In this document: positions 50,584-60,376 of the stretch, one piece after another
How positions within the stretch are numbered: position 1 is the stretch's first letter
Layout: each line of letters opens with the position of its first letter
Assembly (NCBI GenBank): GCA_040400605.1
Contig: JBBAPZ010000007.1
Coordinates: 19,485-83,484 of the forward strand
Reading direction: 5' to 3'
Length of the DNA: 64,000 nucleotides
DNA from: Candidatus Sericytochromatia bacterium
GTDB lineage: Bacteria > Cyanobacteriota > Sericytochromatia > S15B-MN24 > JAQBPE01
Notes under the pieces: generated by a model
What the model was told of the DNA's origin: nothing
The model's input: the letters and a program-made list of their open reading frames with translations, nothing else
Database searches by the model: none
Position numbers and translations under genes: made by a program

Positions 50584-51916
50584 TCGATTTGTAAACACGC
50601 CCGCGCTCCTCATAATTTTTAAACATATCAAAGCTTGTGCAAGCTGGCGAGAACAAAACCACCTCGCCCGAGTGAGCGATCGCACGAGCCAGGTTGACGG
50701 CGTGCGGCAAGTCCGTGGCCACACTCACGGCCGTATACCCCACATTGTGCAACATCCGCTCGAAGTAAGGTCCCGCCTCACCCAGCAAAATGGTGTGTCG
50801 AACCTTTCGAACCACGGCGTCCAGAAAATCATTGATGGCACCGCCTTTGTCGCGCCCGCCCGCAATCAGGACCAAAGGCTCGTCAAACGCCTCGATTGCC
50901 TTGACCGTGCTGGCATAATTCGTCCCTTTGCTGTCATTGACATACAAAACACCATTGAGCGCACGAACCGGCTCAATGCGATGCTCAACCCCCCTGAATG
51001 CAGCGATCGCCCGGCGCATCGGCCCAGCCAATACCTTTAGAATCACGCCGACACACACCGAGGCCAAAACATTTTCCAGATTGTGACGACCGCGCAAGGG
51101 TATCTCATTGACGGGCATGACCGTCTGATCACCCTGTGCGGTACGGTGAATAATCCAACCATCCTTGATCATCACCCCAGCTGGTAAATCACGTTGCGCA
51201 GAAAAATAAAGCACCCGCGCAGGAACCATCCCTGCAAGACCCGCCACCGTTGGATCATCCGCATTCAATATGACCCAATCGTCAGCACGTTGCTGTTCAA
51301 AAAGGCGCCGCTTCGTCGCCAGGTACTGTTCCCTGGAACCATGACGATCCAGATGGTCATCTGAGAAATTCAAGAACACCCCGATCTTTGGCCGAAAATG
51401 ACGCACGGTTTCCAACTGGAATGAGCTGATCTCAGCAACAACCCAATCAGCCGGCGCGTGTACCAAAGACACCAAAGGCAGTCCGATGTTACCGCCTACC
51501 GGCGCTTTCAACCCAGCTGACGCCAATATCTCACCAATCAAGGTGGTGGTGGTCGTCTTTCCGTTGGTGCCAGTGATGGCGATGATTGGCACGTCCGGTC
51601 GCAAGTGAAAGGCAAGCTCCACTTCCCCAATCACCGGCACCCCATCCGCTATTGCGGCCTGTATGATCGGCAAATTAACCGATACACCCGGCGACATGAC
51701 AATCAGGTCCGCATCCAGGCACGCTGAAGAATGACCCCCGCCCTCGACACGCACCCGCTGCTCGCTCAAATGGGCCGTCAAGGACAGCAGCTCCTCGGTC
51801 GGCCGACTGTCACTCAAAATCAGATCACAACCTGCATTCAACAACTCCTGAGCACACGCGAGGCCGCTGCGCCCCAACCCCAGGATGGTTACGGTCTTTT
51901 GTCTCAGTTCCAACAC
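50561..51916 (-). CDS. murD: UDP-MurNAc-L-Ala--D-glutamate ligase
   Basis: GLGRSG, GTNGKTTT, EISSFQL, DHLDRH, NDSKGTN, SPACTSFD. Confidence 0.95.
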   Translation of the reverse strand: MLELRQKTVTILGLGRSGLACAQELLNAGCDLILSDSRPTEELLSLTAHLSEQRVRVEGGGHSSACLDADLIVMSPGVSVNLPIIQAAIADGVPVIGEVELAFHLRPDVPIIAITGTNGKTTTTTLIGEILASAGLKAPVGGNIGLPLVSLVHAPADWVVAEISSFQLETVRHFRPKIGVFLNFSDDHLDRHGSREQYLATKRRLFEQQRADDWVILNADDPTVAGLAGMVPARVLYFSAQRDLPAGVMIKDGWIIHRTAQGDQTVMPVNEIPLRGRHNLENVLASVCVGVILKVLAGPMRRAIAAFRGVEHRIEPVRALNGVLYVNDSKGTNYASTVKAIEAFDEPLVLIAGGRDKGGAINDFLDAVVRKVRHTILLGEAGPYFERMLHNVGYTAVSVATDLPHAVNLARAIAHSGEVVLFSPACTSFDMFKNYEERGRVYKSIVQELPR

Positions 51917-52006
51917 GAAAGCTCTCGAACTCCCTCAATTGTGGGTCACCCGATGCATCATCCTACGTCGACATCCCCGCGACAGTGACGGCCATCATCC
52001 GCTTCG

Positions 52007-52969
52007 TCAAAAACATAACACAGCCAGAAGGGCTACGACGAGCCCAGTAAGCCAAAATCTCGTCACAACGCGGGTTTCAGGCATGCCTCCCAGCTCAAAA
52101 TGATGATGAATCGGGCTCATCCGCAGCAGCCGTTTCCCCCCGGTTCGTTTAAAGTATGTCACCTGCGCCATAACAGACACTGTCTCGACAACAAAAACAG
52201 CCCCGAACACAATCAATGACAGCTCCAGATGACCGAGCACCGACGCGCCACCCAACAAGGCGCCTAAACCCAGTGAACCGGTGTCTCCCATGAAAATCTG
52301 GGCAGGGTGTCCGTTGTACCACATAAACGCTGCCGCAGCGCCCAGCGCCGCAAACAACACGACCAAAACCCCCTCTGACACCCCCACCTGATGCAACAAT
52401 GCCAAAAGGGCGAGCATGGCAATAAACGACGTGCCCGTCGCCAACCCATCCAATCCATCGGTCAAATTGACGGCATTGGCCGAACCCACCATGAGCACGG
52501 TCACAAGCCCGTAATAGAACCACCCCAAATCAACCAACGCCATCCCACCGCTAAAAGGCAGGCGCACCTGCGTGGCATGTCCCAAATACATCAACCCCGT
52601 TACAAAAAAGAGGGCCACACAAAACTGACCCACCAGTTTCTTGTGTGGTGCAAGCCCCCGGTTGCTCTGTCTTTTCACGATCAGAAAGTCATCCAGCCAA
52701 CCCAATAACGTGAAACCCAAAACCACCGCCACCAACAACGCTGTGGCGCCATCCATCCTGCCAACGACAACGGGGGCCAACAACGGCGGCGCAAGTAGCA
52801 ACCACCCCCCCATACTCGGTGTGCCTGCCTTGCGTTGATGTGTCTGTGGTCCCTCTGTACGGACCACCTGCCCCATGCGCCAACGCACCATCCAGGCAAT
52901 GTATGGCCGCCCGAGCAAAAGACCGGCAACCAATGACGTCAGCATCACCCACAGCAACCAGGCCTTCAT
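52007..52969 (-). CDS. mraY: Phospho-N-acetylmuramoyl-pentapeptide transferase
   Basis: KAGTPSMGG, NAVNLTDGLDGL, FMGDTGS, PIHHHFE. Confidence 0.96.
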   Translation of the reverse strand: MKAWLLWVMLTSLVAGLLLGRPYIAWMVRWRMGQVVRTEGPQTHQRKAGTPSMGGWLLLAPPLLAPVVVGRMDGATALLVAVVLGFTLLGWLDDFLIVKRQSNRGLAPHKKLVGQFCVALFFVTGLMYLGHATQVRLPFSGGMALVDLGWFYYGLVTVLMVGSANAVNLTDGLDGLATGTSFIAMLALLALLHQVGVSEGVLVVLFAALGAAAAFMWYNGHPAQIFMGDTGSLGLGALLGGASVLGHLELSLIVFGAVFVVETVSVMAQVTYFKRTGGKRLLRMSPIHHHFELGGMPETRVVTRFWLTGLVVALLAVLCF

Positions 52970-52973
52970 TGCT

Positions 52974-54386
52974 TCAAATCCTCACGTGCGCTTCCAGGTA
53001 CGCCAGTATTCGCTCAAACCTCGCTGCTCGTGATGCCTTCATAAACACCCGATCCTGAGGTTTAATCCATTCCTTGAGCCACCGGGCCGCTTCTTCGCAA
53101 TCAGGGACGACAATCCCGGTTACCCCGCTTGCCAGATACAAGCGCGCCCACGTGCCGCAAGCAAGCACCAAAGGAATTTCCTGCCCCTTTAACCAGGCTC
53201 CCAATTCGTGATGCGCTTGCTCTGTCATGGCACCCAATTCCGCCATGTCGCCCAGGACCAGGACACGCCTTCCCTCACACGGGCTTGCCATAAAAGCCCG
53301 TATCGCCTGACGCATGCTGTCGGGATTCGCGTTGTAGGTTTCATCCATGACCGACACCGTCCCGAACCGCACCCAACGCGATCGCCCCGCCATCACCGAG
53401 GGTGTCAACGTAAGCGTCGACGGAGGCGTCAGACCAAGCGCCAATCCGGTCGCCAATGCCGCCAATGCATTTCCCCGATGGTGATCACCCCACAATGGCA
53501 GCTGCACCACAGCACTCCCAGCGGCAGAGCAGGCGCCAAACCCGCGCCAATGGGCGACAAAACACTGTCCCTCACCCACCGCTGACACATCGCTGGCCCA
53601 CACCGTGGCGTCTGAATCACCCAAACTCCAAGACACGAACAATCTACCCCAGGTCTGCACAGCGGCACGCGCCAGGTGATCATCCCAAGGCACAACTGCA
53701 ATGCCTTCCGACTTCAGATGCGTCCAAAGCTCCGCTTTTGCCCGAGCGATATTGGCCTGCGAACCCAACAGCTCAACATGTGCCAGCCCAATATTCGTGA
53801 TCACGCCGATCGTCGGCTCTGCAAGGTCGGCCAGATAAGCAATCTGGCCCAAACCCCGCATCCCCATCTCAATGATGGCGAGCTCATGGTGTGGACGCAG
53901 CGCAAGTAAACTTAACGGTACCCCCAGTTCATTGTTCTGATTGCCTTCGGTACGTGTCACACAATAAAACTGCCCCAAGTAGGCCGCTAACATTTCTTTG
54001 GTTGACGTCTTGCCCGACGAGCCGGTAACCCCGATGACCACGGTGCCAAGCGTTCGATGCCAAGCCCGGGCAATTTTTCCCAACGCCAAAACCGCGTCTG
54101 CAACCCGCAACACGGGAACGTCGGTTTCCAAAGTCAAAGAAACCCCGTGTTCGGCCAAAATCGCGGCAGCCCCGGCATCACAAGCAGCCTGGACATAGGC
54201 GTGACCGTCAACCCGTTGCCCACGAAGGCAGACAAAGAGATCGTGAGGTACAACACGACGCGAATCGATGGCCACCCCGCGAATGATTAGCTCGGACGCA
54301 CCATTCGCAATTTCACCATCGCAAGCTTCACCAAGCTGCCCAAGGGTCAACACGTGCAACCTCGTTTCGTCACCACGCGGGATCAT
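52974..54386 (-). CDS. murF: UDP-MurNAc-tripeptide--D-Ala-D-Ala ligase
   Basis: IDSR, TGSSGKTSTKE, NNELGVP, EMGM, YNANPDSM, LGDMAELG. Confidence 0.94.
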   Translation of the reverse strand: MIPRGDETRLHVLTLGQLGEACDGEIANGASELIIRGVAIDSRRVVPHDLFVCLRGQRVDGHAYVQAACDAGAAAILAEHGVSLTLETDVPVLRVADAVLALGKIARAWHRTLGTVVIGVTGSSGKTSTKEMLAAYLGQFYCVTRTEGNQNNELGVPLSLLALRPHHELAIIEMGMRGLGQIAYLADLAEPTIGVITNIGLAHVELLGSQANIARAKAELWTHLKSEGIAVVPWDDHLARAAVQTWGRLFVSWSLGDSDATVWASDVSAVGEGQCFVAHWRGFGACSAAGSAVVQLPLWGDHHRGNALAALATGLALGLTPPSTLTLTPSVMAGRSRWVRFGTVSVMDETYNANPDSMRQAIRAFMASPCEGRRVLVLGDMAELGAMTEQAHHELGAWLKGQEIPLVLACGTWARLYLASGVTGIVVPDCEEAARWLKEWIKPQDRVFMKASRAARFERILAYLEAHVRI

Positions 54387-54420
54387 AAAACACGCGATGA
54401 GCAGAAATCAGTGAGATCGA

Positions 54421-56166
54421 TCATGCGCCCGACGAGGCCTTTTTGGATGGACGAGGTCGTACCGGCACAGTGGGCTGAATCGACAAATGATGCAAGGTGT
54501 CCGCGGCAATTCGGCCAAACAAAGGCGCAGCCGTAGAACTGGCCCAATGCACCTTTCTCGGACTGTCCAGCAACGTCAGCATCACAAAACGGGGATCCTC
54601 AACCGGAAAAAATCCCACAAACGAGGCAATCACATCATCCGAGTAGCCACGGCCATCTTCGCGAATGCGCTGCGCCGTGCCAGTTTTCCCAGCGATACGA
54701 TAACCGGGCACCTGTGCTTCACGCCCGGTTCCAATCTGAACCACGCGTTCCAACATCGCCATCACCGTATTGGCTGTCGCAACACTCATCAACTGCTTCC
54801 CCGGCTTCAAGGGGAACTCGCGCAAAACCCGTCCCTTGCTGTCCACAATTCGATCAATCAACCGCGGCGTCATACGCAAACCGCCATTACCAATCGCTGA
54901 CGCTGCCGATAAAATCTGCAAGGGCGTTACTGACAAACCGTGACCATACGATATCGTCGCTTGGGTGATACGCCGCCAGGGCAATGGCGGCAACAATGCC
55001 GCTGATTCACCTGAAATACCACTGCCCGTACGCGAGCCAAACCCCATCGATGCCAGATAATCACGGTGCTCCTGAGCCCTCAGGCGAAACGCGATCGCCG
55101 TTGTTCCCACATTCGAACTGACCTCCATAATCTCAAATGGCGTCAACACCCGACCAGACGCCGGTGCATCATGATCAGAAACGATACGCCCATCCACCTT
55201 GATCGCACGGGGACAATCAAATTCCTCATTCTCATTGATTCGCTGAGCGGCAATCGCTGCTGCTATCGTAAAAATCTTCATCGTCGAACCAGGCTCATAA
55301 ACATCCGTCACGGCCCAATTCTTGATGCGATTCCAATCGTAACGCCCAAACTGGTTGGGATCGTAAGTTGGAAGTGTCGAAAAAGCCAACAAATTACCGG
55401 TCTGCGGCTCCATCATAATCACCGCCCCACGCAATGCCCCGGACTCGGTGATGGCTTGCGCCAACGCACGGTCACAAATATGCTGCAGGTTTTCGTCGAT
55501 CGTTAACACCACCTGGGTACCATCCGACAGATATGCCTCCGTCTGCCCCTGCGCACCCTCACGCAAAATCTCCCGACCATAAGCATCCACTTCCACACGC
55601 AACTTCTGACGAGGCCCACGCAACACATCATCGAAGGCATGCTCGATGCCAGCAAGGCCTTGATTATCGACGCCAACAAAGCCAATCAAGGTGGCAGCCA
55701 ATTGTCCCTTGGGATACACCCGCCTCATTTCACTGACCATCCCCACGCCAGGTAACTGCAATGCCGCAATCCGCGGCCTTGCGGAAATCGGTGCCTGTCG
55801 CTTCAACCAACGAAAACGGGTACCCTTCAATTTGGCTACCAACGCCTGGACCGGCTCGTTCAAAATGGGTGACAGCGCTTCGGCAGTCCGTAGCGGATCA
55901 AAGTCACGCGCATCTTTCGGTGTCGCATAAACTGATACCGCCTCAACCGACACGGCCAACTCCTTGCCGTTGCGGTCAACGATCTCACCACGCAAGGCCG
56001 ACAAGTCGATGGTTTGCGTGCGCTGGGCGGCAGCCAACCGTGCCAACCGCTCACCCTGAATCACCTGTATGTAAAAAAGCCGAAGTAGCAACAACAACGC
56101 CACAAACAACAAAAACACCCACACAACCTCGGCCCGCTTACGAATAACCGCGTGTCGTGGGTTCAA
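54421..56166 (-). CDS. ftsI: Class B penicillin-binding protein (FtsI/PBP3)
   Basis: RGEIVDRNG, EPGSTMK (SxxK), SSN (SxN), KTGTAQ. Confidence 0.93.
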   Translation of the reverse strand: MNPRHAVIRKRAEVVWVFLLFVALLLLLRLFYIQVIQGERLARLAAAQRTQTIDLSALRGEIVDRNGKELAVSVEAVSVYATPKDARDFDPLRTAEALSPILNEPVQALVAKLKGTRFRWLKRQAPISARPRIAALQLPGVGMVSEMRRVYPKGQLAATLIGFVGVDNQGLAGIEHAFDDVLRGPRQKLRVEVDAYGREILREGAQGQTEAYLSDGTQVVLTIDENLQHICDRALAQAITESGALRGAVIMMEPQTGNLLAFSTLPTYDPNQFGRYDWNRIKNWAVTDVYEPGSTMKIFTIAAAIAAQRINENEEFDCPRAIKVDGRIVSDHDAPASGRVLTPFEIMEVSSNVGTTAIAFRLRAQEHRDYLASMGFGSRTGSGISGESAALLPPLPWRRITQATISYGHGLSVTPLQILSAASAIGNGGLRMTPRLIDRIVDSKGRVLREFPLKPGKQLMSVATANTVMAMLERVVQIGTGREAQVPGYRIAGKTGTAQRIREDGRGYSDDVIASFVGFFPVEDPRFVMLTLLDSPRKVHWASSTAAPLFGRIAADTLHHLSIQPTVPVRPRPSKKASSGA

Positions 56167-56167
56167 A

Positions 56168-56611
56168 TCAAAACGCCTCGTGGCAGAACAACTTCACGGC
56201 CGGCGCCGCCTCCACCCGCAAAGAAGCCGCTATAACAGGTTGCGGTAAAAAAACAATTTCGCTGGGTTGGTGCATGGACAAACGCGCAATCGCCTTCGAC
56301 TCAACACGCCCCGGGTTCTCCAGACTTGCCAGTTGAGAGCGCAACCCCTTGGTCTTTTGCTGAATCGCCTTGAGTTCCCGTTGCTGCGTCACCACCTGAT
56401 TTTCACGGATGACAGTGTGAACGTACAAAACGACAACCAAGCCCATCAATACGGCCAAACCAAACCACCACCAAGTCGGAATCGTGTGACGAACGCGTCT
56501 TCTCATGCCGGACAGCACACGCCATTGATTGGTCGCGTGGTGCGTTTCCACTGTTGATTTCAGCAACCTCGATTGACCCATGCCCCATCCTGTCTGTCTG
56601 AAAACCCTCAA
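56168..56611 (-). CDS. ftsL: Cell division protein FtsL-like
   Basis: TM + coiled coil ending LENPGRVESKA...LSM; lies between rsmH and ftsI; start may be 56581. Confidence 0.75.
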   Translation of the reverse strand: MRVFRQTGWGMGQSRLLKSTVETHHATNQWRVLSGMRRRVRHTIPTWWWFGLAVLMGLVVVLYVHTVIRENQVVTQQRELKAIQQKTKGLRSQLASLENPGRVESKAIARLSMHQPSEIVFLPQPVIAASLRVEAAPAVKLFCHEAF

Positions 56612-57534
56612 CCAAGCCGTCGCGCAACCCTGAGTTTAGCACTCCTCGACCGCGGGTTGCAATTCCGCTCCGTCTGGTCAGCTACCAAAGGTTTCGGTGT
56701 CACGACGCTCAAGGTCGGTACTTCACCACAGGTACACACCGGCTGACGAGGCGGACACACACAACCTGTCTTGCAACGCCTGAAAAACTGCTTGACCAGG
56801 CGGTCCTCAAGTGAATGAAAACTGATCACCCCCAACCGACCACCGGGTTTGAGTTGAGCAACCGCCTGCGGCAAGACCCGCTCCAAAACACCCAATTCGT
56901 CATTCACCGCAATGCGAAGCGCTTGAAACACACGCGTAGCCGGGTGAATGCCCGACACATCCGGCGGAACCAACCGACGAACAAACTCCGCCAGTTCCAA
57001 GGTATGCTCGAACCACAATCCTTGTTCCCGACGCTGCACAATTGCCCGTGCAACACGACGGGCATAACGTTCTTCACCATCGCGGTGAAACAACGTGGCA
57101 AGCTCGCTTTCGGTCAATCGCAACAACAGTTGGTTGGCACTTTCACCCACAAACGGATTCATCCGCATATCAATCGGTCCCGCTTTCTGAAAACTGAAAC
57201 CGCGCGCCGCACAATCAAGCTGATGGGATGACACACCAAGATCCATCAAAACAACATCAAACAGGGGCAATTGCAGCGCACTCATCTGCGCAAAATTGAC
57301 CTGGTGCAAAGCAAACGGCAAGCCGAGTTGGCTCAATCGCTGTCGAGCAGCCTCAACGGCTTCGGCATCTTGATCCAAACCGTGCAAAAAACCGGTGGGG
57401 CCCACACACTCCGACAAAGCCACCGCATGCCCGGCGCCGCCAACCGTACAGTCCAGCACCCAATCGCCCGGCTGGGGATCCAGCGCGTCAAGCGTCTGGG
57501 CAATCAATACTGGCTGGTGCTGAAACACTTGCAT
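56608..57534 (-). CDS. rsmH: 16S rRNA m4C1402 methyltransferase
   Basis: HQPVL, DCTVGGAGH, DLGVSSHQLD, HPATRVFQALRI, SFHSLEDR, NPRSRSAKLR. Confidence 0.95.
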   Translation of the reverse strand: MQVFQHQPVLIAQTLDALDPQPGDWVLDCTVGGAGHAVALSECVGPTGFLHGLDQDAEAVEAARQRLSQLGLPFALHQVNFAQMSALQLPLFDVVLMDLGVSSHQLDCAARGFSFQKAGPIDMRMNPFVGESANQLLLRLTESELATLFHRDGEERYARRVARAIVQRREQGLWFEHTLELAEFVRRLVPPDVSGIHPATRVFQALRIAVNDELGVLERVLPQAVAQLKPGGRLGVISFHSLEDRLVKQFFRRCKTGCVCPPRQPVCTCGEVPTLSVVTPKPLVADQTERNCNPRSRSAKLRVARRLG

Positions 57535-57625
57535 ACCGAGGTTGTACCCCATGCTGAACTGTGACGTCATCTACCCGTATCGTAACCGACACGAGGCGGA
57601 CCTGCCACGAAAGCAAAGCCCGCCT

Positions 57626-57979
57626 GGTGGTGGATCTGTAAGCCGAGTTCTGTCCCCTTCTTTCAAAGGGGGGTGATCATCTATCTGGGATACCCGTTAC
57701 CGAGTACCTCGTGCGACCTGACCCGGGGATCAGCGGGCCGCCTCAACTCCCCTGCTTGGTCTTGCTCCTGACGGGGTTTACCTAGCCAGCGAGTCACCCC
57801 GCTGCTGGTGGGCTCTTACCCCACCTTTGCACCCTTACCCGAATGGCGTTTGCCAGCAGGCGGTTTATTTCTGTGGCACTTTCCTCGGGGTTACCCCCAC
57901 TGGGCATTACCCAGCGTCAAGCCCTGCGGAGCTCGGACTTTCCTCAGCCACCATCGTGACCGCGACCACCCGAACCACG
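57626..57979 (-). ncRNA. rnpB: RNase P RNA (bacterial type A)
   Basis: Minus strand GAGGAAAGTCCGAGCTC, GAAAGTGCCACAGAAA and ACAGAACTCGGCTTA; ends approximate. Confidence 0.95.
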
Positions 57980-57984
57980 TGTAG

Positions 57985-58014
57985 ATGTTATCACCGCCCA
58001 TCTGACGTGGTCAA
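57985..58014 (-). promoter_or_regulatory. Putative promoter for rnpB
   Basis: Minus strand TTGACC, 18-nt spacer, TGnTAACAT immediately before the RNA 5' end. Confidence 0.55.
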
Positions 58015-58063
58015 GAAACATCGTGCGTTGGCCCTGATTTCCCCGCCATCGTCACTCCCTCTT

Positions 58064-59161
58064 TCACCTGCTCGCCAGAGTCTGCAATGCCTGCTCGGAA
58101 CGAGCCTGCAACGACGGGAAATTCAAGCGTCTTGCCAAGTCGACGCACAATTCATGCGCATCCGGATCCGTCCCATCACGCTCAAGCGATTGCAAAACCA
58201 GTACCAAAGCCGCACGATGCTGTCCAAGGCGTGCCAGTACAATGGCTTTGACGTACCACGCACGGGCATTGTTTGGCTCCAGTACGACCGCCAAGGCCGC
58301 TTCGCGCCGTGCATCAGCATCACGTCGCATCTGCAGGAACGCTTCAGCCAAGCCCATATGGGCTTCGGCCAGGGTGTCATCCACTTTCAACACGGCTTCA
58401 TAGACGGATGCGGCTTCCAACCAGGCCTGCTCCCGCAAAAACAACGCACCCAAATTGCCCACGGCGGTCAAATCACCGTTGGAGATGCCCGCGGCGATGC
58501 GGTACTCACTGACGGCCTCTTGCGCAAAACCAAGGCAATCCAATGCAAAGCCGAGATTGTTGTGGGCCCAGTAATTAAGGGGCTCTTCCGCAATCACCTG
58601 CCTGAAGCGATCCGCCGCCTCACCCCACCGCTCCTGTTTCAGAAATGCCAAACCCAGGTTAAGCTGATACTGCGGTGCGGAAACCAACGCGATCGCCTGA
58701 CGATAGTATGCGATGGCACGCTCGAGAGATTGATTGCGATAATAAACATACCCCAGTCCGTTAAGTGCTGCCGCATCAAGCGGTTGTATCCGCAAGCTTC
58801 GCCGAAAGGCCAGTTCGGCTTCGGACCAGCGCTCGATTTCTGAAAACGCGACACCAATCTGGATCTGTACGTCGTGATCGCCCGGTGCCAAGAGCATTGA
58901 GCGCATCAAACAGGCCTCCGCACGCGACAGTGCACCCTCTGCGATCGCCTGACGGCCGCGTTCAAGCCACATCTGTCCCTCGGAGACACGGCCAGGCACA
59001 CAAAGACCATCAGCCAGCGCAGGCTCGGAAAAGAAGAGCCTGTGTCCCCCCAACAGGAGCACGGTCCCAATTAAAACGACGGCACGCAAACAAAAACCTC
59101 GCTGTTCGCTGACAAATGGGCCATGCCCACATACCCCGAAACGTTCAAACACTTCAATCAT
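58064..59161 (-). CDS. TPR protein, probably exported
   Basis: Repeats such as ALNGLGYVY, YQLNLGLAF, AHNNLGFAL; hydrophobic segment near the N-terminus; start uncertain. Confidence 0.85.
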   Translation of the reverse strand: MIEVFERFGVCGHGPFVSEQRGFCLRAVVLIGTVLLLGGHRLFFSEPALADGLCVPGRVSEGQMWLERGRQAIAEGALSRAEACLMRSMLLAPGDHDVQIQIGVAFSEIERWSEAELAFRRSLRIQPLDAAALNGLGYVYYRNQSLERAIAYYRQAIALVSAPQYQLNLGLAFLKQERWGEAADRFRQVIAEEPLNYWAHNNLGFALDCLGFAQEAVSEYRIAAGISNGDLTAVGNLGALFLREQAWLEAASVYEAVLKVDDTLAEAHMGLAEAFLQMRRDADARREAALAVVLEPNNARAWYVKAIVLARLGQHRAALVLVLQSLERDGTDPDAHELCVDLARRLNFPSLQARSEQALQTLASR

Positions 59162-59459
59162 CTTTTGTCGGAGCGCTCAAAAGGCCAGACCAATCAAATC
59201 GTCTCAAAGGCGCAACCTGGTCTTACCGATAAACACGAGGGTATTCCACAGTTCGTGGCGAAAAATCCTGAAAACCAAGTCATACACTTATTATGGAAAA
59301 TATTCGGTCCACCAGACGATCTGAAACACTTATCAGGCAGGGTACACTGAAACAAGCCGCCAAACAGCGTTTCAAGCACGTTTTGAATTGATGAAATGGC
59401 GAACAGGCGAAGGATCTCGCGCACCATTCCCGCTTTCGGGTCGCCTGCGCCACGTTCAG

Positions 59460-60326
59460 TCAACCCTTCACCGCGCCACTGGTGGCCCCGCCGATGAAAA
59501 ACCGCTGCAACGCCAGGAAAAATACCAAAATGGGTAAGACGGCCAATAGCAGCCCGGCAGCGATCAGACGCCAATTCGCGCTAAAGGTTCCTGCCAAATA
59601 GGCAAGCCCAACAGGCAGCGTATAAAGGCTTGGGTCTTTCAGCACAAGCAATGGCCACAAAAAATCGCCCCAAGAGCCAACAAAGGTGAAAATTGCCAAG
59701 GTGGCGAGCGCCGGTTTGGACAATGGCAACATGACCCGCCACCAGATATCGAAGGCAGATCCGCCGTCCATCACCACGGCCTCTTCCAATTCGCGCGGAA
59801 TCGCCTTGAATGCCTGTCGCATCAAAAAGATGCCAAAGGCGCTCACACTGGTGGGTATCACCAGCCACAAATACAGCCAGTAGGGGGAGTGCCACGCTTC
59901 AGGCATCACGCCAAGCAAACCCAAATGCAATTTGGTCACGAGCAAAAACAGTGGCACCATAATGACGGGGAATGGCACCATCATCGTCGATAACACCAAA
60001 TAGAACATGACGTATTTTCCCCTAAAATTCATTCTGGCCAACGGATAGGCGGCCAAACTGGCGAAAACCAGATTCAGCAAGACTGAGCCCGCCGCCACCA
60101 GGGCACTGTTGAACACGTAGCGACCAAAGGGTACCACCGACCAGACTGCCTCAAAATTGCCCAGAGTCGGTTCACTTGGCAGAAAACGCGGGGGATAGGC
60201 AAAAATGTTTTCCTGTCCCCCCTTTAATGCCGTCAGCAATAGCCATAAAAAAGGACCGACCGTCACAAGCGCCATGACGACGAGGCTGGAGTACAGCATA
60301 CCGATCCGAATGACCCGACCCAACAT
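59460..60326 (-). CDS. Carbohydrate ABC transporter permease (MalG-like)
   Basis: EAA loop IPRELEEAVVMDG, WGDFLWPL, QRFFIGG..GAVKG. Confidence 0.92.
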   Translation of the reverse strand: MLGRVIRIGMLYSSLVVMALVTVGPFLWLLLTALKGGQENIFAYPPRFLPSEPTLGNFEAVWSVVPFGRYVFNSALVAAGSVLLNLVFASLAAYPLARMNFRGKYVMFYLVLSTMMVPFPVIMVPLFLLVTKLHLGLLGVMPEAWHSPYWLYLWLVIPTSVSAFGIFLMRQAFKAIPRELEEAVVMDGGSAFDIWWRVMLPLSKPALATLAIFTFVGSWGDFLWPLLVLKDPSLYTLPVGLAYLAGTFSANWRLIAAGLLLAVLPILVFFLALQRFFIGGATSGAVKG

Positions 60327-60376
60327 CAATGAAAGCCCCCCGCTCTTGTCGTTGCCCCTCGTGACGCGCGATGCGC

